Assembly (NCBI GenBank): GCA_963790415.1
Contig: CAWBOK010000003.1
Location: 799,273-863,272, forward strand
Reading direction: 5' to 3'
DNA length: 64,000 nt
Source of the DNA: an uncultured Actinomycetota bacterium
GTDB taxonomy: Bacteria; Actinomycetota; Thermoleophilia; RBG-16-64-13
Of the stretch, positions 18,053 to 26,347 are shown piece after piece (position 1 is the stretch's first letter; each line of letters starts with the position of its first letter). The notes under the pieces were generated by a model. It searched no databases. It worked only from the letters and a program-made list of their open reading frames with translations, and was not told where the DNA came from. The translations under genes and the position numbers were made by a program.

Positions 18053-19387
18053 TCAGCTCCCGCAGCACATTTTGAACTTGCGACCGCTTCCGCACGGGCA
18101 CGGGTCGTTGCGTCCGGTGCGCGCTGCCTCGTCGGCGAGGATCTGCATGATGTCGGCCGCTTCCCGGCCCTTCTGTAGCAACGTGGCCATCATCTTCATG
18201 CGCCGGTCGGTGCGCGAGAAGAAGAGCTTCAGTCCTTCGCATAGCCAGTTGAGTCCGGGCTCACCCTGAGGGGTGAGCAGGATACGGTTCTTGGGGCATT
18301 CGCCATTGCACGTGAAGAGGAACTCGCACTCGCGGCAGTAGCCCGGCAGCGTCTCGCGCTTGGCCTCGCCGAACGCCAGCTGCTTCTCGGAGCGAACGAG
18401 TTCGCCCATCGGGTGTCTCCATGACGTTGCCGAGCAGGTACGTGCGGACTCCACGAAGTGGTCGCAGGAGTACACGTCGCCGTTGTGCTCGAGTGCCACC
18501 CCCTCGCCGCACGTCGGACGGAGGACGCACAGCGACGATTCACCGCGCACGTAGGCGGCGAGCACGCCGTCGAAGAACTGCACGAACATCTCGCCCACGT
18601 CGCGGCGCACCCACTCGTTGAAGATCGCCAGGAGGAACTGGCCGTAGGCGAGTGACGGGACGCTGCGGTCGGTGACGGTTCCCGCCGTGCCCTTAGTGGG
18701 CGGTGAAGCTATCTCGACGATCGGGATGAACTGCAGGTAGCGCGCGCCGAGCTCATCCCGGAAGTAGCGGTAGACGTCGAGCGGGCGCGATGCGTTTGCT
18801 GCGTTGATAGTGCAGAGCACGTTGAACTCGGCGCCGTGCTTCTGTAGCAGACGGGCGGCCGCTTCGACCCGGTCGAAGACCGGGCGACCCGCGCCGTCGT
18901 GGCGGTAGGCGTCGTGAAGCTCGCGCGGCCCGTCGATGCTCAGTCCCACGAGCACGTCGTTCTCGGCGAGGAAGGCAGCCCATTCGTCGTCGAGCAGCGT
19001 GCCGTTGGTCTGGATCGTACGCTCCACCTGCCATCCTGCGGGCAGCGCCTCGCGCTCGACCTGCACGGCGCGCCGGAAGAAGTCCAGGCCCATCAGTGTG
19101 GGCTCGCCTCCCTGCCAGGCCAGCGTCACGAACGGCACGCGCTGGGCCTCGATGGTCTGGTGCACGAACGCATGCATGACCTCGTCGGTCATGCGGAAGT
19201 CGCTGCCGGGGTAGAGCTCGACCTTCTCGAGAAAGAAGCAGTAGTCGCAGCGCAGGTTACAACGCGCCCCGGTGGGCTTGGCCATGACGTGGAACGCCGG
19301 TGTGATGGTCTGCGTCACGCGTATCGCCCTCCCTGCCGGTTGCTGCAGCACCAGGGCGTCAGCCGAGGTCGTCGCTCGTGACCCCAC
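18053..19387 (-). CDS. Anaerobic sulfatase-maturating enzyme (radical SAM/SPASM, anSME) with C-terminal SEC-C motif
   Basis: AKPTGARCNLRCDYCFF, WQGGEPTL and TNGTLLDDEW motifs, plus SPASM cysteines. The tail reads GRNDPCPCGSGRKFKMCCGS. The N-terminus overlaps the upstream gene by 29 nt, so the true start is uncertain. Confidence 0.8.
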   Translation of the reverse strand: MGSRATTSADALVLQQPAGRAIRVTQTITPAFHVMAKPTGARCNLRCDYCFFLEKVELYPGSDFRMTDEVMHAFVHQTIEAQRVPFVTLAWQGGEPTLMGLDFFRRAVQVEREALPAGWQVERTIQTNGTLLDDEWAAFLAENDVLVGLSIDGPRELHDAYRHDGAGRPVFDRVEAAARLLQKHGAEFNVLCTINAANASRPLDVYRYFRDELGARYLQFIPIVEIASPPTKGTAGTVTDRSVPSLAYGQFLLAIFNEWVRRDVGEMFVQFFDGVLAAYVRGESSLCVLRPTCGEGVALEHNGDVYSCDHFVESARTCSATSWRHPMGELVRSEKQLAFGEAKRETLPGYCRECEFLFTCNGECPKNRILLTPQGEPGLNWLCEGLKLFFSRTDRRMKMMATLLQKGREAADIMQILADEAARTGRNDPCPCGSGRKFKMCCGS

Positions 19388-19886
19388 CCGGGTCGCTCGG
19401 AGCGCGGGCGTCGGCCGGGCTGGGGCGTCGCCCCAGAGACAGGCCGCGACCCTCGACTAAGACCCGCACCACCCCCACAGCCACGATCAGCAGAGCGACG
19501 GCCATCACCCCCTGCCAGCCGAGCTCCTTGCTGAAGAGGCCGATCCACACCTCCCTGAAGACGATAGCCAGCGTGATGTCCGCGAGATCGACGATCCTCA
19601 CGGTCTTGGTGCGCAGGAAGTCCAGGAACGAGTGGAAGATCTCCAGGAAGATGAAGACCGTCAGCACATCGAGGATGACCGTGGCCAGGATATCGGTCTC
19701 GCCCCGGCTGAGCACCACCTTCACGAGGTCAAACGCCAATGTGACGGTCACCGATCCCAAGGCCACCAGGGCCAGGAGGATGAGCACGTCGGCGACCAGG
19801 TCCAGCGCCCAACCGGCAGTGCGATCTACATACTGCGTCAGCCGGGCGCGCTTGTTCATGTCGATGGTGTCGCGCGGATCGTCCAC
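19359..19886 (-). CDS. PsiE-family-like membrane protein
   Basis: 175 aa, 4 TM. The pattern LDVLTVFIFLEIFHSFLDFLRTKTVRIVDLADITLAIVFREV resembles PF06146. Confidence 0.55.
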   Translation of the reverse strand: MDDPRDTIDMNKRARLTQYVDRTAGWALDLVADVLILLALVALGSVTVTLAFDLVKVVLSRGETDILATVILDVLTVFIFLEIFHSFLDFLRTKTVRIVDLADITLAIVFREVWIGLFSKELGWQGVMAVALLIVAVGVVRVLVEGRGLSLGRRPSPADARAPSDPGGVTSDDLG

Positions 19887-20006
19887 GGCCGCAATTGTAC
19901 CCGATGGTCCGGCGCACGGACGCCCCCGTGACCTTCATTGCGTGCGCCCGGCCGAACACGTATGGTTGTGTGACTCCGGGCCTGCTGAACTCGTCGAGGA
20001 GGTCGC

Positions 20007-21497
20007 GTGCCCTACATACTCTCGCTCGACCAGGGGACCACCAGCACGCGCTCGATCGTGTTCGACGGCGACGGCGCGAGGCTCTCGCAGTCGCAGATCG
20101 CGCTCGCGCAGGTCTTCCCGCGACCCGGTTGGGTGGAGCACGACGCCACCACTATCTGGCGAGACCAGCTCCAGACCGCGCGCACCGCCATCGCGGAGGC
20201 CGGGATCGACGCATCCGATCTCACGGCTGTCGGCGTGACCAACCAGCGCGAGACCGTCGTGGTGTGGGAGCGGGCGACGGGCCGGCCGATCCACAACGCC
20301 ATCGTCTGGCAGGATCGCCGGACGGCCGCGGCCTGCGACGCGCTTGTCGCTTCCGGGCACGACGAACACGTGCGCGAGCTGACCGGGCTCGGCATCGACC
20401 CCTACTTCTCGGCCACCAAGATAGCCTGGATCCTCAACGAGGTGCCGGGAGCGCGCGCCGCCGCCGAGCGCGGCGACCTGGCGTGCGGCACTATCGACAG
20501 CTGGCTCGTCTTCAATCTCACAGGCGGGCGGGTACACGTCACCGACATCACCAACGCCTCGCGCACGCTCCTGCTCGACATCACGACCGGTGAGTGGGAC
20601 CTGGAGCTGTGCGCGCTCTTCGGCGTCGCGCCTGAGTTGCTGCCCCGGATCGTCCGCTCCGCCGAGGTCGTCGGCGAAACCGACGCCGACGTGCTGGGAG
20701 CGGCGGTCCCCATTGCGGGCATCTGCGGCGATCAGCAGGCGGCGCTCGTGGGAAACGGGTGTTTCGCCGCGGGGGACGCCAAGGCGACGTTCGGCACAGG
20801 CGTGTTCGCGCTGATGCACACGGGCGGCAGGCGTGTGCACTCGCAGAGCCTGGCTGCAACCATCGCCGCCCGCACGGGCGGGCGCATCGAGTACGCCTTG
20901 GAGGGTTCCATCTTCACCGGCGGTGCGGTCGTGCAGTGGCTGGTCGAGGGGCTGGAACTCGGCGACTCGCCTGCGGCGGTCCAGGCGCTCGCTGAGAGCG
21001 TTCCCGACTCGGGCGGCGTTGTCTTCGTGCCCGCGTTGACCGGGCTCGGCGCACCCCAATGGGATCCATATGCGCGCGGCGCCATGTTCGGACTCACGCG
21101 AGGCACCACGAGAGCGCACGTGGCCCGCGCGGGTATGGAGGCGATCCCGCTGCAGGTCATGGACCTCCTCGACGCGATGGTCTCCGACTCGGGCCATGCG
21201 ATGCCGAGGCTTCGCGTAGACGGAGGCGTCACCGTCAACGAGCTCGTCATGCAGACACTCGCGGACCTGCTGGACGTGCCGGTGGACCGGGCGCTCGTGC
21301 CCGAGTCCACCGCGCTTGGCGCGGCCTACCTCGCTGGCTACGCCACCGGCGTCTGGTCGCAGCCCGCAGACCTGCCGGCACTGAAGGGCGTCAGTCGCAC
21401 CTTCAAGCCGGCACCGGATGCAGAGGAACGCTTTGCCGAACTCAGGCTCCGGTGGGCGGAGGCTGTGAAGCGCTCCCTGCGCTGGGAACGCGCGTAG
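20007..21497 (+). CDS. glpK: Glycerol kinase
   Basis: MPYILSLDQGTTSTRSIVFD...GWVEHD...TNQRETVVVWE...FGTGVF..., full-length FGGY kinase. Confidence 0.93.
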   Translation: MPYILSLDQGTTSTRSIVFDGDGARLSQSQIALAQVFPRPGWVEHDATTIWRDQLQTARTAIAEAGIDASDLTAVGVTNQRETVVVWERATGRPIHNAIVWQDRRTAAACDALVASGHDEHVRELTGLGIDPYFSATKIAWILNEVPGARAAAERGDLACGTIDSWLVFNLTGGRVHVTDITNASRTLLLDITTGEWDLELCALFGVAPELLPRIVRSAEVVGETDADVLGAAVPIAGICGDQQAALVGNGCFAAGDAKATFGTGVFALMHTGGRRVHSQSLAATIAARTGGRIEYALEGSIFTGGAVVQWLVEGLELGDSPAAVQALAESVPDSGGVVFVPALTGLGAPQWDPYARGAMFGLTRGTTRAHVARAGMEAIPLQVMDLLDAMVSDSGHAMPRLRVDGGVTVNELVMQTLADLLDVPVDRALVPESTALGAAYLAGYATGVWSQPADLPALKGVSRTFKPAPDAEERFAELRLRWAEAVKRSLRWERA

Positions 21498-23175
21498 CGA
21501 ACGCATCGACCACATTGCGAAGCGTCCCGTAGATGTTCTCTTCGCCTATCACGCCGATCAGATCTGACGCCTGCAACTCGGCGAGGAGGTTCTCGGTGAC
21601 ATCTGTGAGCTTGAGCGTTGCGCCCCGCTCCTTGAGCGCCGGGACGAGTTTGCGGAGTGTCTCGGCGGCGGTGAAGTCGATGTCACCGATTCCGGCCGCC
21701 TCTATCACGAACCACTCGACCTGCGGTTTGAGCTTGTCGACGAGCAAGATCGCTTCGGTCTGGAAGGCCTGTGCGTTGGCGTAGTAGAGGTCTGCGCCGA
21801 AGTGGTAGAGCGCCAATCCGGGAGCGGCCTCGATGCCTTTCTTCAGCGGATGTGTCCGCCGTTCGCCGTTCTCGAACGAGATCAGGAGGTTGTTGGGCCG
21901 GTAGCTGTGCCGCACGTGGACAACGAGCGAGAGAGCGATGGCGAGTAGGATGCCCTGCTCGACGCCGACGAGCACGACGGTGGCCGCAGTGATGAGCGCC
22001 ACCCAGAACTCAAGGGGACGGGCCCTCAAGACACCTTTCATTCCCTTGATGTCCACGAGTTCGACGCCGATGAGGAACACGACCGCGGCCAGCACGGCGT
22101 TGGGCATGTACGAGAGAGGCTTGGTCAGGAAGAGCAGGACGACCAGCACGATGACGGCCGTCGTCACCTGCGACACCTGACTCTTGCCGCCGGCGCTGTC
22201 GACCATCTCGGTCTTGGTGGGGCTGCCGTTGACGACGAATGTGCCTGAGAGCGCGGCGGAGACGTTCGACAGGCCGAGTCCCACGAGGTCGACGTTCTCT
22301 CTGAATGACGTCTCGTCGTACTTGACGGCGTACGCCCGCGAGGTGGCCGCGCTCTGGGCAAGTATGACCAGGAACAGTGAGGCGGCGGTCGCGATCAGGG
22401 TGGACCACGCAGTGGAGGGCGGCAGTGCGGGAACGCCGAAGTGCGGCAGGCCACTGGGAATCGTGCCGAGTGTCGAGACGCCCAGGGCTGCGAGACCGAA
22501 GTAGGCGCTCGCGGCGATGGCGCCGATGACCGCGATCAGGGCGCCGGGGATCTTCTTGCTGATGTACTTCGAACCGACGATGACGATCAGAACCGACGCC
22601 GATACGACGACGGTCCATCCGCTTGCCTGCGGGATGTCCTTGATCGCGTTGAAGGCCTGCATGATCGCGCCGCTTCCGGTCTTCGGCACGCCGAGCATGC
22701 CTGCGATCTGCCCGCACGCCACCTGCACGCCGACGCCGGTCAGGAAGCCGATCAGCACGGTGCTCGAGAGGAAATCTGCGAGGAATCCGAGCTTCAAGAT
22801 GCGCGCCAGCACCAGGAAGCCGGCGGCGAGAATGGCCAGCCAGCCGGCAAGGGCCACCCACTCGGTCGAATCGGGAGCCGCCAGGCCCGCGAGGCCGGCG
22901 AACATGATGGCGGCAGTCGCGGAGTCGGCGCCGACGACGAGATGCCGGGACGAGCCGAGAAGCGCGAACACTGTGATCGGCAGCAGGATCGTGTAGAGGC
23001 CGGTGATGACCGGCATCCCGGCGATCTTCGTGTAGCCCATCACTTCGGGGATCGCGAGCGCCGCGAGCGTTATGCCGGCGATCATGTCAGCGGGCACACG
23101 CTTCCGGTCGAGGGGGAGGATCCCCTCCAGCACAGGGATGCGCCGAGGCGTCTTGTTGGCGGTGACCTCCGTCAC
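21442..23175 (-). CDS. SulP-family sulfate/anion permease with C-terminal STAS domain
   Basis: 577 aa. DMIAGITLAALAIPEVMGYTKIAGMP at the N-terminus and a STAS-like C-terminus. GTG start. The 3' end overlaps glpK by 56 nt. Confidence 0.88.
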   Translation of the reverse strand: MTEVTANKTPRRIPVLEGILPLDRKRVPADMIAGITLAALAIPEVMGYTKIAGMPVITGLYTILLPITVFALLGSSRHLVVGADSATAAIMFAGLAGLAAPDSTEWVALAGWLAILAAGFLVLARILKLGFLADFLSSTVLIGFLTGVGVQVACGQIAGMLGVPKTGSGAIMQAFNAIKDIPQASGWTVVVSASVLIVIVGSKYISKKIPGALIAVIGAIAASAYFGLAALGVSTLGTIPSGLPHFGVPALPPSTAWSTLIATAASLFLVILAQSAATSRAYAVKYDETSFRENVDLVGLGLSNVSAALSGTFVVNGSPTKTEMVDSAGGKSQVSQVTTAVIVLVVLLFLTKPLSYMPNAVLAAVVFLIGVELVDIKGMKGVLRARPLEFWVALITAATVVLVGVEQGILLAIALSLVVHVRHSYRPNNLLISFENGERRTHPLKKGIEAAPGLALYHFGADLYYANAQAFQTEAILLVDKLKPQVEWFVIEAAGIGDIDFTAAETLRKLVPALKERGATLKLTDVTENLLAELQASDLIGVIGEENIYGTLRNVVDAFATRVPSAGSASQPPPTGA

Positions 23176-23180
23176 ACGGG

Positions 23181-23205
23181 TCGCCTCAAGGTTTCGATGA
23201 GGCGA
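23181..23205 (-). promoter_or_regulatory. Hairpin whose 3' arm contains the SD-like GAGG of the SulP gene
   Basis: TCGCCTCA-N9-TGAGGCGA (8 bp, perfect). On minus-strand RNA the 3' arm ends 5 nt before the GTG start at 23175. Confidence 0.3.
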
Positions 23206-23298
23206 TGCTGCGGCTCATACCCCACCCAGGATGATTCCCGCGCGCCGGCGCTCGTGGCTCAGGGACACGTAGTGTTCTCAACGGAGGCGGCGTGGTCG

Positions 23299-23964
23299 TC
23301 ACGCTCGGACTCCGCGAGCATGTCTATTCCGCGCGATTGCGCGAAGCAGCGGCAGAAGGAGGAGCACGACCGTCTCCGCGACGTACACGACCAGCGCGAT
23401 CGGCGGCAGCAAGATGGCCAACACCACCCCGACTGCACCGACGACGAGCACGACCCGACGTCTCTTCTCCATCTCCACGAGCTCCCCCTCCGCCAACCCG
23501 TTGATGAGGAGGTCCGGCCGCCGGGCGATGTACCGTATGATAAGGCTCAGCATCAGCGAGGCCACGAACAGGTTGATGCCGTACACCAGTATCGCGGTGT
23601 TCGAACCACCTCCCGTCGTATGAGTGGCCATCAGGCTCGTAGAGAACGGCATCAGGGAGACGAAGAGCAGCAGCAGGAGGTTGAGTCCGAACGATACCGT
23701 GTCCCCGCGCTTCATCAGCTGGGTCAGTCCGGAGTGCGCCACCCACACCCCGCCTATGAAGGCGAAACTGATGAGGTAGCCGAGGAACTCAGGCCACTGC
23801 TCACGCAGCGCGGTGAACAGATCGGCGGATTCCTTGGGCACGGACAACTCGAGCACGAGCAGTGTGATGGCGATGGCGAACACGCCGTCGGCGAAGGCGT
23901 CCAAACGCCCCTTGGGCAGGAAGTCCGTGACGCGCCCAGCCTTGTCGTCGGCCGATGGCTGCAT
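23299..23964 (-). CDS. TMEM175-family (DUF1211) potassium channel
   Basis: RLDAFADGVFAIAITLLVLEL signature and 6 TM segments. Confidence 0.8.
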   Translation of the reverse strand: MQPSADDKAGRVTDFLPKGRLDAFADGVFAIAITLLVLELSVPKESADLFTALREQWPEFLGYLISFAFIGGVWVAHSGLTQLMKRGDTVSFGLNLLLLLFVSLMPFSTSLMATHTTGGGSNTAILVYGINLFVASLMLSLIIRYIARRPDLLINGLAEGELVEMEKRRRVVLVVGAVGVVLAILLPPIALVVYVAETVVLLLLPLLRAIARNRHARGVRA

Positions 23965-23986
23965 GTGCTCAGGCCTTGGTTCCAGC

Positions 23987-25477
23987 TCAGTGTCCCTTGC
24001 TGCTCTGCGCTTCCTGCAGGTTTCTCAGCACCACGTCGAGGTTGAACGAGGCGGGCTTTTGTCGTGGGGGGAACGCCGCGAACGCCTGGATCTGCCCCGC
24101 CACGACCGCCTGCATCTCATACATTACATAAGCGTGAGATATCACCCAATCCCAGTACGTATTGGAGTTCTCGTCCGCCCGCTCGAACGGATCGCGCCGC
24201 AGGTTGAACATCTTGGGGATTCGCAGCGGGACGAAGGGTTCGACCCAGCACATCAACTGCTTGGCCCGCTGCTCCATCAACACCGTCTTCCAGTCGCCCA
24301 TCCGGATCGCCAGTATGTCTCCGTCATCACTGATGTAGACGAAGAAGGTGCGCGGGCTCTCCTCGACCTCACCCATCAGATACGGGAGCATGTTGATCCC
24401 GTCGATGTGGACTTTGAAGGTCTTGTCGCCCGCGTGGTGACCCTTGAGCAGCTTCTGGTTGATGTCCGGGTCGCCGGCGGCGGCCAGGAACGTGGGTAGC
24501 CAGTCCTGGCCGGAGACGATGCCGTTGAGCACCGTGCCCGCCTTGAACTTGTTGGGCCAGCGCACGAACGCCGGCACGCGCCAGCCGCCTTCCCAGTTGG
24601 TGTTCTTCTCGGACCTGAACGGGGTGATGCCGCCGTCCGGCCAGGTGTTGTAGTGCGGCCCGTTGTCCGTCGAGTACACGACGATGGTGTCGTCGGCGAT
24701 GCCGAGCTCGTCGAGCTTGTCCAGCATCCTCCCGATGTTCTCGTCGTGGGCGACCATGACGTCGTTGTAGAATCCCTGACCGCTCTTGCCCACGTGTTTC
24801 TCGGCGCAGTGGGTCCGGAAGTGCATGGCCGACGTGTTGTACCACATGAAGAAGGGCTTCCCCTCTTTGTGCTTCCTGTCGATGAAGTCGAGGGCGTGTT
24901 CGGTCACCTCTTCATCGATGGTCTCCATGCGCTTCTTGGTGAGCGGACCGGTGTCCTCGATCTTCTGTCCGCCCTTGCCGTCGGCCCAGGCGTGCAGCAC
25001 GCCTCGGGGGCCGAAGCGCTCCTTGAAGGCCGGGTCCTTGGGATAGTCCACGTCTTCCGGTTCCTCTTCGGCGTTCAGGTGGTAGAGGTTGCCGAAGAAC
25101 TCGTCGAAACCGTGCACGGTCGGCAGGAACTTGTCCTTGTCGCCGAGGTGGTTCTTACCGAACTGCCCCGTTGCGTAGCCCAAGGGTTGAAGGAGTTCCG
25201 CGATGGTGGGGTCTTCCGCCATCAGGCCAACATCCGCCCCCGGCATCCCCACCTTGGTCAGGCCCGTGCGGATAGGGTTCTGGCCGGTGATGAAAGCGGC
25301 GCGTCCGGCCGTGCAGCTCTGCTGACCGTAGTAGTCGGTGAACGCGATGCCTTCGTTGGCGATGCGGTCGATGTTCGGGGTCCGATAGCCCATCTGGCCA
25401 CGGCTGTTGTAGCTGATGTTCCACCAGCCGATGTCATCGCCCCATAGGACGAGGATATTGGGTTGCCTATCAGCCAT
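23987..25477 (-). CDS. Arylsulfatase (Cys-type formylglycine sulfatase)
   Basis: NILVLWGDDIGWWN...QQSCTAGRAAFITGQ (C-x-A-x-R FGly motif)...GKNHLGD. Confidence 0.9.
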   Translation of the reverse strand: MADRQPNILVLWGDDIGWWNISYNSRGQMGYRTPNIDRIANEGIAFTDYYGQQSCTAGRAAFITGQNPIRTGLTKVGMPGADVGLMAEDPTIAELLQPLGYATGQFGKNHLGDKDKFLPTVHGFDEFFGNLYHLNAEEEPEDVDYPKDPAFKERFGPRGVLHAWADGKGGQKIEDTGPLTKKRMETIDEEVTEHALDFIDRKHKEGKPFFMWYNTSAMHFRTHCAEKHVGKSGQGFYNDVMVAHDENIGRMLDKLDELGIADDTIVVYSTDNGPHYNTWPDGGITPFRSEKNTNWEGGWRVPAFVRWPNKFKAGTVLNGIVSGQDWLPTFLAAAGDPDINQKLLKGHHAGDKTFKVHIDGINMLPYLMGEVEESPRTFFVYISDDGDILAIRMGDWKTVLMEQRAKQLMCWVEPFVPLRIPKMFNLRRDPFERADENSNTYWDWVISHAYVMYEMQAVVAGQIQAFAAFPPRQKPASFNLDVVLRNLQEAQSSKGH

Positions 25478-25607
25478 GGGGGCTCCTCCTGGGTTCGTTT
25501 CGTCAACCGGCGAAGTCGTGGGGCGGTGTTGTGTGACGACTGTCTCCGTCCTCCCGCCTGCCTACCCGTCTCTGGCGTGACGTAATCGTCTCGGCCGGGA
25601 TGCTTCG

Positions 25608-26301
25608 TCAGCCCTCGTGCTTTCGGAGCAGGCGCTCGATCTCCTCGACCTGGGCCTGCTGTTGGGCCATGAGGGCCTTGAGCTGCTCCAGCTGCTCCAG
25701 CCCGGACTTCGGTTCCTCGCCCTCAGCCCGATCCTTCTTCGCCGGTGAGAGGAAGAGGTTCGCCAGATAGCCGGTGAACGTGCCGAAGATACCGACACCT
25801 ACGACCAAGATCAGGACACCCACGATGCGTCCCGCGTGGGTGATCGGGAAGCGATCGCCGTAGCCCACAGTTGAGGATACCCGCCAGCAACAGCATCAAG
25901 AGGGCGCTTCCGGCACGGTCCTTCACCAGGCTTCGCATGATGCTCCGGATGCCGAGTGCCCTCATCAGGCGATAGACGCGAAGGAGCCGGAAGATCCGCA
26001 GGAACTTGAGCTGCGCCAAGGGCAGGCTGGCGAGCAGGTCGGCCCAGCCGAACTGGCGGAAGAAGCAGCCCTTCCTGTCGTGGGCGGTCGTGATGCGGTA
26101 GAGGAAGTCGATCATGAAGATGCCACTCAGGAGCGCGTTCATGGCGGAGAGGACGCCCGGCAGATTATGGTCCTGCTGGATGAGGTACATCAGAACGATG
26201 TTGACGATCGACAGGATCGACAACATGCCGATGAAGATCTCGTAGCCGGTGTTCTTCAGCTCGTCGGACGGTCGCTCGGGCAACGCGCCTCGCGTTGGCA
26301 T
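25608..26301 (-). pseudogene. Voltage-gated-type K+ channel with internal deletion and frameshift
   Basis: S1-S4 are present (S4: KFLRIFRLLRVYRLMRALG). S5 breaks after LLMLLLAGIL and joins out of frame directly to the selectivity filter TVGYGD (junction about 25866-25880). The turret and pore helix are missing. Confidence 0.7.
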
Positions 26302-26347
26302 GGACTACCTCGCTTCAGGACCGGGCATGGTGGCGAGAAGCCCGCGT

